Assembly (NCBI RefSeq): GCF_030684315.1
Contig: NC_081402.1
Location: forward strand, 434,001-498,000
DNA: 64,000 bases
From: Stegostoma tigrinum
Lineage: Eukaryota
Reading direction: 5' to 3'
Shown piece after piece: positions 52,106 through 64,000 of the stretch. Under the pieces are notes generated by a model that was given only the letters and a program-made list of their open reading frames with translations, was not told the origin of the DNA and made no database searches. Both the position numbers and the translations under genes were made by a program. The number at the start of each line of letters is the position of its first letter. Positions within the stretch are counted from its first letter, which is position 1.

Positions 52106-52744
52106 ATGAGCGACAGTGCAGCCGCCGAAACGGCTCCTCCAGCCTCCGCCAGCACCAAACCCAAGCCTCCGAAGAAGAAGAAGGCGGCGGCTCCCAGGAA
52201 GAAACCAGCCGGTCCCGGGTTGGGCGAGCGGATTGTGAAGTTTGTCGAGGAGAGCAGCGATCGGAAGGGGATGTCTCTGGTCGCTATGAAGAAGGCGCTG
52301 CAGAGAAGCGGGGTCAATGTGGAGAAGCAAAATGCACAGATCAGGATGGCTATCAAGAGGTGTCTGGCGAAAGGCTCCCTGGTTCTGGTGAAGGGCCAGG
52401 GCATCTCCGGCTCCTTCAAACTCCCAAAGAATCCAGTCAAGGCAAAAGTGGGAAAGAAGGCGAGACCCGCAGCAGCCGCCAAGAAAGCAGCCGTGAAGAA
52501 AACAACGGCCAAGAAGGTGGCAGCCAAGAAATCCCCAGCCAAGAAAGGAACAGGCAAAAAAGCGGCCGGCAAGAAGACAGCAACGCCAAAGAAAGCGGCG
52601 AAGAAAGCAGCGCCTAAGAAAAAGACTCCCGTGAAGAAGGTGATAAAGACTAAGCGCCCCAAGGCCGCAAAACCGGCCCCGAAATCGGGGAAAACGAAGG
52701 CCAAGCCCAAAGAGAAAGTGACGAAGAAAACAGCAAAGAAATGA
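52106..52744 (+). CDS. H1: Linker histone H1 (212 aa)
   Basis: MSDSAAAETAPPA..; globular domain ..RKGMSLVAMKKAL..VEKQNAQIRMAIK..KGQGISGSFKL; Lys/Ala/Pro tail with SPAK/TPKK motifs; stem-loop. Confidence 0.96.
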   Translation: MSDSAAAETAPPASASTKPKPPKKKKAAAPRKKPAGPGLGERIVKFVEESSDRKGMSLVAMKKALQRSGVNVEKQNAQIRMAIKRCLAKGSLVLVKGQGISGSFKLPKNPVKAKVGKKARPAAAAKKAAVKKTTAKKVAAKKSPAKKGTGKKAAGKKTATPKKAAKKAAPKKKTPVKKVIKTKRPKAAKPAPKSGKTKAKPKEKVTKKTAKK

Positions 52745-52780
52745 AGCAGTCGGTGTAACATGTAACCACCTGAACCCAAA

Positions 52781-52796
52781 GGCTCTTCTCAGAGCC
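52781..52796 (+). terminator. Histone 3' stem-loop (H1)
   Basis: GGCTCT TCTC AGAGCC followed by ACCCA; AAAGAACT downstream element at ~52813. Confidence 0.92.
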
Positions 52797-52842
52797 ACCC
52801 ACATCTCTCAGGAAAGAACTGAGTCTGGATCGAATGATCCCT

Positions 52843-53016
52843 TAGAATAACATGGTGCAGAGCTGGATGAACATAACAGGCCAAGCAGCATCAGAGGAGC
52901 AGGAAAGCTGACGTTTCGGACCCAGATCTTTCTTCCTGCTCGGCCTGCTGTGTTCATCCAGCTCTACACCTTGTTATTTCAGACTGTCCAGCATCTGCAG
53001 TTCCGTCTAGATGTCA
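52843..53016. mobile_element. Penelope-like palindromic insert downstream of H1
   Basis: TSD AATGATCCCT at 52833-52842 and 53017-53026; empty site visible in the paralog at ~31245. Confidence 0.85.
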
Positions 53017-53586
53017 AATGATCCCTGTCCCGGTTCCGAGTGCAGACAGAGCATAAACTTGAATTGATTCGAGGAACTCAAATATCGCATTTCCGAGAGC
53101 GGAGACTGAGACTGGGGAAGGTATCACATGGGGAGGGTCACTGGTGCTGCATCTGGTTATTTCATTCCACAACGTGTAATTCTGCCCAGACACAAATGTT
53201 ACATAATGCAGTATATGCATCTCATTAACTCTTCCAGGAATGATAATTTGCTTAATTTTGATGACAGGACCTCTGGCGGTTTTAACAGTGTATTCCTTCC
53301 ATTTACCTTCGAAAGACCTTTCAGGCAGTAATTACAAATTGTGTTCGCAATGCTTACAATCTGGGCGAAATAAACATGTCCCGCAAAGAAAGGGATTTTG
53401 CAATTAATCGCTTTGAAGATGTTTAATTCGGCGGGTTTGATAAGATTGATTACCCACGGTTATGCGGCCGGTTGATCAGTTTGCCTGGGCTGTATGAAAG
53501 CCCGCGCTTTCCTCCTGCCTGTTGCAGACAGATCAGGCAATGATCCCGTGTCCTGTCCGCGCTCTGGGCCAGCTCGGTTTAAAAAA

Positions 53587-53791
53587 AAAATGGCGTTAGC
53601 AGCGCATGCGCGTTCCTTCCACCTAACGCCAAAAACGCTGGCAGCCGACGAGAGGAGCGCATGCGTGAGCCCCGCCCTCAGCGCTACTATTGAGGAGCAT
53701 TTTCTCAGTGAGTGGAAGAAGTTTGTTTGAAAGAGACCAACGCCCAGGGAAGCGAGAGAACAGCAGACTCCTTCCAGCAGCGCATCGAGAT
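53587..53791 (+). promoter_or_regulatory. Unknown-gene CpG-rich promoter (YY1-like, two NRF1-like) and first exon
   Basis: AAAATGGCG at 53587; GCGCATGCGC at 53602; GCGCATGCGT at 53657; donor AT/gtgagc at 53792. Confidence 0.6.
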
Positions 53792-54537
53792 GTGAGCCTG
53801 GGACACAGAGGGGGGCTCCGAGACAGGCATTGATTCGGGCTCAGTTCAGGGAGAACCGGGGGCTGTAGGTAAGAGGCGGAGCGGAGCAAGAACTGGTCCC
53901 GGAACTTGGAGAGAGAGAGGCCTTTCTCGGGCTGTGTGTGGGCCTGCTGAGGGAGACACAGCGTCAAGAAGCTGTTGCTGTGGGACAGTCTTGAAATTTT
54001 TAGTTTTCTAAACACTGAAAATTCACTGTTTTGGCTGTTGTTTCACGCTATTAGCTGCGAGTTGCGGGGAGGTGGGGGACCTGTAAAGGACGTAGATTGG
54101 AGTTAACAGATTATACGTCTCGGGGAAAACATTTGAAGTAGCGGCTGTTGTTTGTTTTCAACGCATTGTTTTGGGGTCTGGTAATGAGCTGTGCAGCATC
54201 TTCATGTCGCACCTTAGGTGGAGCTGTGCAATTATTGCTCAGTTTCTGAATCTCACTCAATTGGTATCGAGTTACATATTTTAAAAAATAGTCTTCAGCC
54301 AGGGAGCAGCTCGATGTAAGAATGGAATCAGACTTGTGTTTGAATTGATGCCTTTAAAGAAAAGGCAGAACTCTCAGGACACAATGTTGTGGTCCAACAG
54401 GTTTATGTAATTCCATTAGCTTTTGGAGTTCTGCTCCTTTTGAGAGGCGAAGTTCAAGAAAAGAAACACCCTAATAACTGTGAACTGAATATACATTAAT
54501 CTGTTTGATATCAAATTTGGCTGATGTTGTTTTACAG

Positions 54538-54645
54538 GAGATGTCTCTTCTGTCTTCCTCGAGGCAAATACTCAAAGAAACAAGTTGATGCGATAGTTCC
54601 TCGGTACAAAGCCAAGTGTGAGCAGTTACTTCTAATTAACAGCAG
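54538..54645 (+). CDS. Unknown-gene 108-nt exon, copy D (open, GC donor)
   Basis: tttacag/gcatgt; RCLFCLPRGKYSKKQVDAIVPRYKAKCEQLLLINS. Confidence 0.5.
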
Positions 54646-55059
54646 GCATGTTACCATGATCAGAATGGAGAATAGCTTTCCCATAGTCAGAGTGGATTGA
54701 ATCAGACTTATATTGAGCTCAATTTCCAGATACTTGTCGAAGAAAACCAACCAAGTACAACTGAGGAAAGGCAAGTTTCTTTTTTTTGTTTCCATTGTCA
54801 ATTGACATCATGCTAGTTCTAGTTAATGTCATTCATAGTCCATTAACATTCACATTTTAGACTAAAAACCACAAGACTGTCCCCCAGCAGCTTCTTGCCG
54901 CTGTGTCTCCCTCAGCAGGCCCACAGACAGCTCGAGAAAGGCCACTCTCTCTCCAAGTTCCGGGACCAGTTCTTGCTCCGCTCCGCCTCTTACCGACAGT
55001 CCCCGGTTCTCCCTGAACACATGCAAATGTTGAAAGTACTCAAACAGGAACTGAATCAA

Positions 55060-55683
55060 AGATAATGGGAACTGCAGATGCTGGAGATTCCAAGATAATA
55101 AAATGTGAGGCTGGATGAACACAGCAGGCCAAGCAGCATCTCAGGAGCACAAAAGCTGACGTTTTGGGCCTAGACCCTTCATCAGAGAGGGGGATGGGGG
55201 GAGGGAACTGGAATAAATCGGGAGAGAGGGGGAGGCGGACCGAAGATGGAGAGTAAAGAAGATAGGTGGAGAGAGTGTTTGCAATGGGAGAGAGATTCCC
55301 TGAGGTTGGTCCGGAGGGAGGAGGGTAACTTCATCCAGCCTCACATTTTATTATCTTGGAATCTCCAGCATCTGCAGTTCCCATTATCTCTGATACTATT
55401 TTAACCTCACTGCGAAGCCTCTTCCAGGGATGCCTAACCTGAAGAAGTTACCCTCCTCCCTCCGGACCAACCTCAGGGAATCTCTCTCCCATTGCAAACA
55501 CTGTCTCCACCTATCTTCTTTACTCTCCATCTTCGGTCCGCCTCCCCCTCTCTCCCTATTTATTCCAGTTCCCTCCCCCCGTCCCCCTCTCTGATGAAGG
55601 GTCTAGGCCCGAAACATCAGCTTTTGTGCTCCTGAGATGCTGCTTGGCCTGCTGTGTTCATCCAGCCTCACATTTTATTATCT
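55060..55683. mobile_element. Retrozyme-like non-autonomous element: inverted arm plus 327-nt terminally redundant monomer with hammerhead core
   Basis: TCCAGCCTCACATTTTATTATCT repeated at 55334 and 55661; CTGATGAAGGGTCTAGGCCCGAAAC at 55591-55615; TSD AGGAACTGAAYCAA at 55046-55059 and 55684-55697. Confidence 0.75.
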
Positions 55684-55736
55684 AGGAACTGAACCAAGTT
55701 TACATTTAGGAAGGGTATGGTATAATGTCTCAAACC

Positions 55737-55769
<33 letters not shown>

Positions 55770-55771
<2 letters not shown>

Positions 55772-57480
55772 AACTCCTCCTACCACCCCCTTGATCATGA
55801 CCCTGTTCCGATCACCAAAACATCATCTTCCAGACCATCCACAACCTCAGCACCTCCGGTAACCTCCCAGCAACAGCCTCTGACCTCATCTTTCCCCAAT
55901 GCCATGTTAACTGTTTCTGCCTTATTCCCAAAATCCACAAACCTGACTGCCCCTGCTGACCCATTGCCTCTGCGTAACCCTGCCCCACCGAACTATCTCC
56001 AATTATCTCAACTCCAATCTTCCCCCCCCCCCCACTTCCTCCGTTATATCAATGACTGTATCAGTGCCACCTCGTGCTCCCACAAGGAGTTCAAATAGTT
56101 CATCTACTGTACCAACACCTTTCACCCTAACTTTACATTCACCTGGACCATCTCTGCTACATCTCTCTCCTTCCTGGACCTCCCTGTTTCCATTTCTGGC
56201 AACCACCTGGAAACTGGTATCTAATTCAAACCAACCGATTCCCACAGCTACCTAGAATACACCACTCATCATCTAGTTTCCTGAAAGAATGCCATCCCCC
56301 CCTATTCCCAATTCCTTTGTTTCTGCTTCATCTGCTCCCGAGTTGAGGCATTCCACTCCCGGTCATTGCCGATGTCTTTGTCTTTATTTTTCAAGGACAG
56401 CCATTTCCCCTCCACAGTGGCTGAGTATGCCCTTAACCTCATCGTTCTCGTTTCTGCAACTCGTCCCTTGGACCCCCTCTCGACAATAACAACAAAGTCA
56501 GAATCTCCTTTTTCAACATGTATCACTCCATCAAACTCCAGATTCAACACATTTTCCTCTGCCACCTCCAATCTCACCCCACTCCCAAGGACACTCTTCC
56601 CTCCTCACCCCTATCTACCTTCGAGAGGGACTGCTCTCTCTGACTCCCGCAACCACTCCACACTCCCCACGAGCCCCACCACCCCGGCACTTTACACTGC
56701 AACCACAGGAAACGGACACCTGCCCCAACATCGCTCTCCCGCTCACTCTCTCCACGTATCCCTATCCCAGGTCCCAAGAAAACCTTCCACGCCAAACAGA
56801 TGTTCAGCTATATGTCCGCTAATGCGGTGCATTGTATCCACTGCTCCTGATGTGGCCCCCTCTACATTTGGGAAACCAAGCAGAGGCTTGGAAACCATTT
56901 TGTTGAACACCTAAACTCGCATTGTGACAAACGACTGCATCTCCCAGTCATGAACCACTTCAACACCCCCTCCCGCTCCTTGGACAACATATCCATCCCA
57001 GGCCGCCTCCAGTGCCACAATGTTGCCACCGGAAGGCTGCATGAATAGCACCACATATTTCACTTGGCAGCCCTGCAGCACCATGTTCTAAATGTGGGCT
57101 TCAAAATCTCTCCATCCCAAACCCATCCCTGCCTCCTTGACCTGTCCATCTTTTCTCTGACCAATCTGCATCTCCCACCTCACTGACCAACCCCCGCCGG
57201 CACTTCCGGCCTACTAACCTTATCCCTGCCTGCTTGACCTGTCAGCCTTCCCTCAACCCACATCCGAACTCCCTCCCTACACTTAGTGTTACTGGCTCCA
57301 GCCCTTTCTTGACTGGCCATCTGGTCCTTTATCCACCTTTTCGTTGTCATCTCATCACTTCTCTCTATTTATTGCAGAGTCCCTTTCTCTTCCCCCATTT
57401 CTGACAAAAGGGTCCAGTCCAGAAAAGTCAGCTTTCCTGCTCATCTGCTGTGTTCATCCAGCTCTACACCTTGTTACCCC
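55770..57480 (+). mobile_element. Decayed Penelope-like element (Neptune-type; RT plus GIY-YIG)
   Basis: FLRYINDCI (YIDD-like), FLDL, DSHSYL, then NAVHCIHCS*CGPLYIWETKQRLGNHFVEHL..PVMNHFN; many stops and frameshifts. Confidence 0.85.
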
Positions 57481-58619
57481 CGCAAAGAAAGACATCATGT
57501 TACATAGTTTGAACAACAACAACATGTGACAAGTACTGTTACTGACAAGTAGCAAATCACTACTGAGCACATTGCAGACACACAGACAAAGCTGCTGACT
57601 GAGTCCCAAATATGCTCATTGTATCAACGCAACATACAAAGACTAACAACAATGTATACCCATACACACTGCAGATAACAGAAGCAAATAGATACAAAAT
57701 GTTTACAGCTTTTTTTTTTAAGAAAAGCAAGTGTGTCTACAAAACAGCAAAGAAGACCTTTCAGCCCATCGGGTTGTTAATAGACAAAAACAAGTGCCTG
57801 ACAATTCTAATCCCATTCAGCCAGCATTCCATTTCAATAAGTGTGTCGTGGCAGTATACGATTTGCCAACCCCCAACTTTATCACAACGTGATTCTCAAC
57901 GTGTTCACCTTCAGGAATAGAAACCATATTCTCCATCTGTCTTGCAAAATTTATTTTTTGGAGTGGGGGAAGCATTGAAGTGAATTTGGCAACTAAGTTA
58001 AACAGTTTTCCTGTGTCACTTGCTCCTCGCAATGAAATATTGCAGAAACGAGCAGGAAAACAGAATGCTGTTTCTTCACGTTAATGATGTAATCACCATT
58101 TAAAGCAATGAAGAATGATCTGTTAAACTAAATCTTGTAATTGTCAATTTTTTTTTTCACAAGGAGTTTGACCATGTTCAATAAGTTTAAATCTTCTCCA
58201 CTCCAAGACAGAAAATACAAGTCCTTTTTCTTTCTTCATCCCCACCACAGTGCATTGTAAGAGTATTGCTGATGTTGTGCACCATCACACATCAGAGCAG
58301 GGTTATGTCGTATCCGTGGTAGAATAATTAAGTGAATTAGCCAATACCCTTCCCTGTAGCAGGAACATCGTGGTCATTCAGCTGAATACAGTTGATTTGT
58401 TCATTGCCCCTTTCCTTTAGACTCGAAGGAAAGGGATGCCACATCAATCTATTCCCTCGGCATTATTCACAAAATTATGTTACTATGCACTCAGAAAAGC
58501 TGATGTCATCTTGAAGAACAGCCCTTGATATAATTTCTGTCAGTTAGACTCTGCACTGTTAGAGTTACAAAACCTTTTGCTTTTACATTACGCAATCCAT
58601 TGTACAAAACAAATGCATG

Positions 58620-61520
58620 GAGCAATAACTGACAGGTACAGATTGATAACTGCATTCCTATGTTCTTAAAGCAGAAACTGACAGGCGTGGGCTGATAACT
58701 AAATCCACAGATTCACAAAGCAGCAGCTGGCATATACAGATTGATAACTATACTTCGATATTCACAGAGCAGAAACAGACAAATATTGACATCTGTACTC
58801 TTATTCATGTGGTAGAAACATTATATGTACAGATTTCTAACTCCACTCATTAACACATACAGCAAAACTGACAAGGAGCAATTGCTTATGTTTCTATACC
58901 AGGACTGGCAAATCCAAATTGCTAAGCACATTCACAGCACACTCACTGGCTGATAGGCAAAGATTGATAAATGCCCTGAAATAGTCCTTTAACAGAGACT
59001 ACCAGTTACAGACTTATAACTGCACACTCAGACACACACAGAGCTAAAACTGACAGGGACTGACCGGTAAGTGGACCCAGACGTTCACGCGGTAGTTACT
59101 GACAGAACTTTTGGTAACAAATCTATCATATCCACACAGCAAAAACTGACAGAAACAGATTAATAATAAAACTCCCAGTTTCACATTAGTTATCAAACTG
59201 TACCTGTCAGTTTAAACAATCAGACATTTTCACAGCAGAATCTGACAATAACTGATCGATAACTAAACTCAGATTGACAAGCAAATACAAACAGGTGTAG
59301 AAATGACAACTACACGTGCATTGACCATCAGAAACTGATGGTGTAGGTGCACACCTGCACTCATTCACATGGCAGTAACAGAGAGCTACAGCTTGATAAC
59401 TACAGTCACCCACCTGCATTACAGTAACTGTCAGGGGCAGGTTGATAACACTCACTCATTTATATGACAGAAACTGACATGTATTGATAATAACTAAACC
59501 CATATGGATATAGCAGAAACTGACAGACTGATAATGACACTCGCATTATCACTGCAGAAACTGAGATTTATAACTGCACCCTCTCATTCACGTAACAGAA
59601 ACTGAGTGTACAGATTTGATAGCCATAGCCGCACATTTGTATTGCAGGTCAGTGACAGGGATGGGATGATCCTTCCTACAAAATGTTATAAGAAAGCAAG
59701 AAAACAATGTCATTTGTTCAAATTATCAACGTAGCTTCCCGCAAATCCCGATGTCCTGAAAATCTACAAAAACTTGATTGGGTCCTGGCGATTTAGCCAC
59801 CTTTTGGGGTTTTTTTTTCTGCCTCGAACACCACCTGTTACGTCATGTGGACTGTTTTCAAGACATCCATATTTATTTCCCCAAGTTCCCTCGCCTCCAC
59901 AAGGACAGAAGGAAAACTAAACTCATGTTCACGGAAAAGAAACATGGGGAGAGAATGCTAATTACTCACATTCACAAACTTGAAACTGACAAGTGCAGAT
60001 GAATAACTGCACTCGGATTTACAGAGCAGAAGTTGATGGTGTCAGCACGATAAATGCTCTCGATACTTTCAGAGCAGAAACTGATGGTGTATATTCATAA
60101 CAGAACTCTTACTTTCACCTTGCAGAAACTGACAGGTATTGATTAATAACTGCACTCAGATTGACAAAGCAAAAACTGACAGGATCAATTTGATAAATAC
60201 ACTCTTCGCAGAAACTGACAGATCAGTTCTGTCATGGTGACATTGTAAAGCAAGTAAAATTGGTTATGGGCATTGCAGAAATTGACAGGTACAGGATGAT
60301 AACTTTCAACACATTAACCAAACAGTGACTGGAAGAGACAGATTGATAACTGCATTCCGACATGTTTCTTTTTTTGAAAATTTATTGATGGGACGTGTGT
60401 GTCACAGACTATCCTTAATTAGGCACAGAAGGCAGTTCGGTCCCAACCATATTGCTGAGAATCTGGAATCACATGTAGGCCAGACCAGGGAAGGATGGGA
60501 GACTTGGTTCCCAAAAGGATGTTAGAGGACCAGATTTATTTTGTGGAGAATTGTCAGTCAACTTTTTTCTTAGCAGATTGTTGAATTTTAATTCAACAAT
60601 CTGCTTTGATGTGACTTGAACTGCGGTCGCAGAATAACATCTGGCTCTCTGTAATAATAGTCCAACAACAATGCTATCAGACTGTTACCTTTTCTATTCA
60701 CATTCACAGAGTTGAACCTGACAGTTATGGATTGGTAACTACACTCTCAAATTCACTGAGCTGAAAGTGACGGAATAGATTGGTGACTGCACCCTCATAA
60801 ACCTAGGATGCTGACAGGAGCGGATTGATAACTGTATGCACAAAGACACATTGCAAAATTTGGCACATACAAATTGATAGATGCACTCACACATTAGAAA
60901 CCAGAAACTGATGGACAGAAGGTAATAACTAATTAATAATTCACAGCAGAAACTTACAGGTATAATCCTGATAATTACACAAGAATATTCACTGGTGAGA
61001 TACTGACAAGGTTCGGATTGATAATGACAATCGTATCCGTACAACAGAAATTGGTTGGTGCGCACTGAAAAGCACACTCTCATAATTACAGAACAGAAAC
61101 TGACAATCACAGACTGATAACTACATTTTCATATTCACATGTCTGAAAATGACAGTATGATTTAATGAATATGGTTGCATTTTTACAAGCAGAGACATTC
61201 AGGGTTATGTTAACAACTGCACCCACACATTCAAAGCTCGGAACTGACAGGTAAAGATGAAAAACCAAGCTCATGTGTTGACATGGCAGAAACTGAGAAG
61301 CAAAGTTTGAAGCCTGCTCTCTCATTCAGACAGCAGAAAACGACTGGCTGAGATGGATAAGTACACTCACCTTGCAGACACTGACATGAATATTCCCACA
61401 TCACAAACAATCAGGTAAAGACTTAGAACGACATTCTCATATTCACAAAGGGGAAAAATAAATATCACGGTCAAGTACAATTTGATAACTTCTCAAATAA
61501 ACACAGAGCAGAATCTCACT
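58620..61520 (-). repeat. Degenerate ~48-bp tandem repeat array in reverse orientation, interrupted by LINE and SINE pieces
   Basis: Repeated GCAGAAACTGACAGGTACAGATTGATAAC, the reverse complement of the 24650-26350 unit. Confidence 0.85.
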
Positions 61521-61868
61521 GGTCCCCGTCAGTCTCTGCTGTGTGAAATCATAAGTAATTTAACAAAGGCTCAGCTTGTGTGAGACATGAATAGATCAAC
61601 AAATAAACTCATATCCACAGACACACTCGCATTGTGTAGTCCCATTCATGGATCTGGACACTTAGTTAGTTTCTGGACTTCACTCAATTGATATGGAATT
61701 AATAAAAAGGAAAATCGCAAGACAAAGAAGCAGCTCAGAGCAAGGGTGGAATCAAACACCTAATTCTGTTCAGATTCCTGGCTTGAAATTAAATATTGTA
61801 ATGATTATTAACTGAACATTGCATTGATCAATGAAATATTATCAAACTTGCCTGATGTTGATTTACAG

Positions 61869-61976
61869 GAGGATTCTCTTCTGTCTTCCGCCAGGTAAAT
61901 ACTTGAGGGACAAAGAGAAAGTGATATTCCCTCGGTACAAAGCCAAGTGTGACCAGCTGCTTCTAACAAACAGAAG
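61869..61976 (+). CDS. Unknown-gene 108-nt exon, copy E (open; first exon absent)
   Basis: tttacag/gtatgt; RILFCLPPGKYLRDKEKVIFPRYKAKCDQLLLTNR. Confidence 0.5.
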
Positions 61977-62199
61977 GTATGTTACCGCTGTCAGAGCAGA
62001 GAACAACCTTTCCACAGTCACAGAGCAGATTGAGTCAGACACACATTGAGGTCAATTTCCAGTGAGATTTGTTCAAACAAAACAGAGGAAATACAAGTTT
62101 ATTGTTTTTTGTTCCACCATTCACAATGCACACCTGCCCAGTTCGAACAAAGTTCAGCATTTAAAGTTTTTTGCACGATCTGCAGCTCGGAGAGTGGAT

Positions 62200-62930
62200 A
62201 ATGTTGACTTGCTTGTTGAGCTGGCTTGCTTTTCTTCATACAGTTCATCACCACGCTCTGTGGCATCATCAGTGGAGCCTCCAATGAGTCAATGTTATTC
62301 CACACCCCGTGGAATTTATACTGTGTGGTCCATTATGGTGAGCACTGTCATTTCTGGTTTTGATCTGTATGAGTTTTCATTTATGGAGTCCGATTCTATA
62401 ATCTTGTTGATTTGAAGTATGGATGGAAAACCATGCCTCTAGGAATTCCTGTGCGTGTCTGTGTTTAGCTTGGGCTGCCATGGTTACTTTGTCCCATGTT
62501 AACCTGATGGCCTTTATTGTCTGAATATGTGATACATTCAGAGAATGAAGGCCATCAGTTGAAATGGGATGAAGTAACCATATTAAAAACAAAGAACTGT
62601 GATGCTGTAAATCAGGAACAGAAAACAAACTTGCTGGAAAAGCTCTGCAGCTCAGCAGTAACTGGTTCTGAGGAAAGGTCACTGGACCCAAAAGGCTAAC
62701 TCTGTTTTTCCCTTCACCGATGTTGTGAGACCTGCTGAGCTTTTCCAGCACCTTTTGTTTTTGTTGGATACAGTAACCACAGCAGCTTAAGCCAAATATA
62801 GACATTTACAGGAATTCCTGGAGACATGGTTCACAACACAAACATAGAATTGGACCACATGTGTAAACCCATATAGATCAAATCTTTAATGACAGTACTC
62901 AGCATAACAGGCCTGACAGTGTAAAGTTAT
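62200..62930. mobile_element. Poseidon-type Penelope remnants in both orientations with a nested palindromic insert (~62585-62765)
   Basis: AQAKHRHAQEFLEAWFS on the minus strand; ENEGHQLKWDEV and AKYRHLQEFLETWF on the plus strand. Confidence 0.65.
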
Positions 62931-63484
62931 TTTCAGCAATTTCTATGTGTTTGTATTTCTTTCTGTCACCCGATGAGTTCCCTGGGGGGAGAGGCAATTT
63001 AAAATATTGTCTAAAGACGGTGCGCATGATTAATGTGCTCACCCGGTTAAAAACGAAAAGTTATCGATTGGTTTATCAATATATCGAGGTGTTTTTGAAA
63101 TGCGAAATGAATAATCAGGTGCAGAGTGCAGATTTTGGCCTCTTTTTGCCGCTTGCAGAAAATCCGATTCAAGGTCAGAAATGGACATTGCACTCGGTTC
63201 GGGAATGCGGGAAGGGAGATGAAGTTAAATATACATTCATAATCTAAAAGTAAATTAATTCGTGCATTCTATTCTGTTAAACGTCCGACATTTCGTTACA
63301 TATTGGCGGGCATTTCGAGTTTGAAAGAAAGCGGTTGATGATTTGGTGCCATGATTTTCCGGCCTCCTCCCCGGATTGGTGAGGGAAGCAGATATCTGAC
63401 TGGGAAAATGAAACGACATTAGGAGATACTGAACAATGTGCCCAATCAGCAATGGCCGCAGCCCCATTCCTCCCGAAGGTATAA

Positions 63485-64000
<516 letters not shown>

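Overview
Repeat-rich vertebrate genomic DNA, most likely from a cartilaginous fish (shark), judged from HE1/V-SINE-type SINEs, CR1-type LINEs and Penelope-like elements. (1) 1.2-17.3 kb holds scattered exons of an Fc-receptor-like/Ig-superfamily receptor: split leader, one C2 Ig exon and cytoplasmic Tyr-motif exons, apparently decaying. (2) 31-64 kb is a dispersed replication-dependent histone cluster. H4, one H2A and H1 are intact; H3, H2B and a second H2A are frameshifted; there is also an orphan H1 3' end. All complete genes carry 3' stem-loops. (3) A module duplicated in both orientations among the histone genes combines a ~48-bp degenerate satellite, an NRF1/YY1 CpG promoter with a first exon, and a conserved 108-nt coding-like exon present five times, belonging to a gene I cannot identify. 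(4) Many short, palindromic, TSD-flanked inserts carry hammerhead-ribozyme core motifs, including a 327-nt circularly permuted retrozyme-like unit next to a decayed Neptune-type Penelope-like element with the same 3' end. Repeat family names come from recall, not from database searches, and repeat boundaries are approximate.
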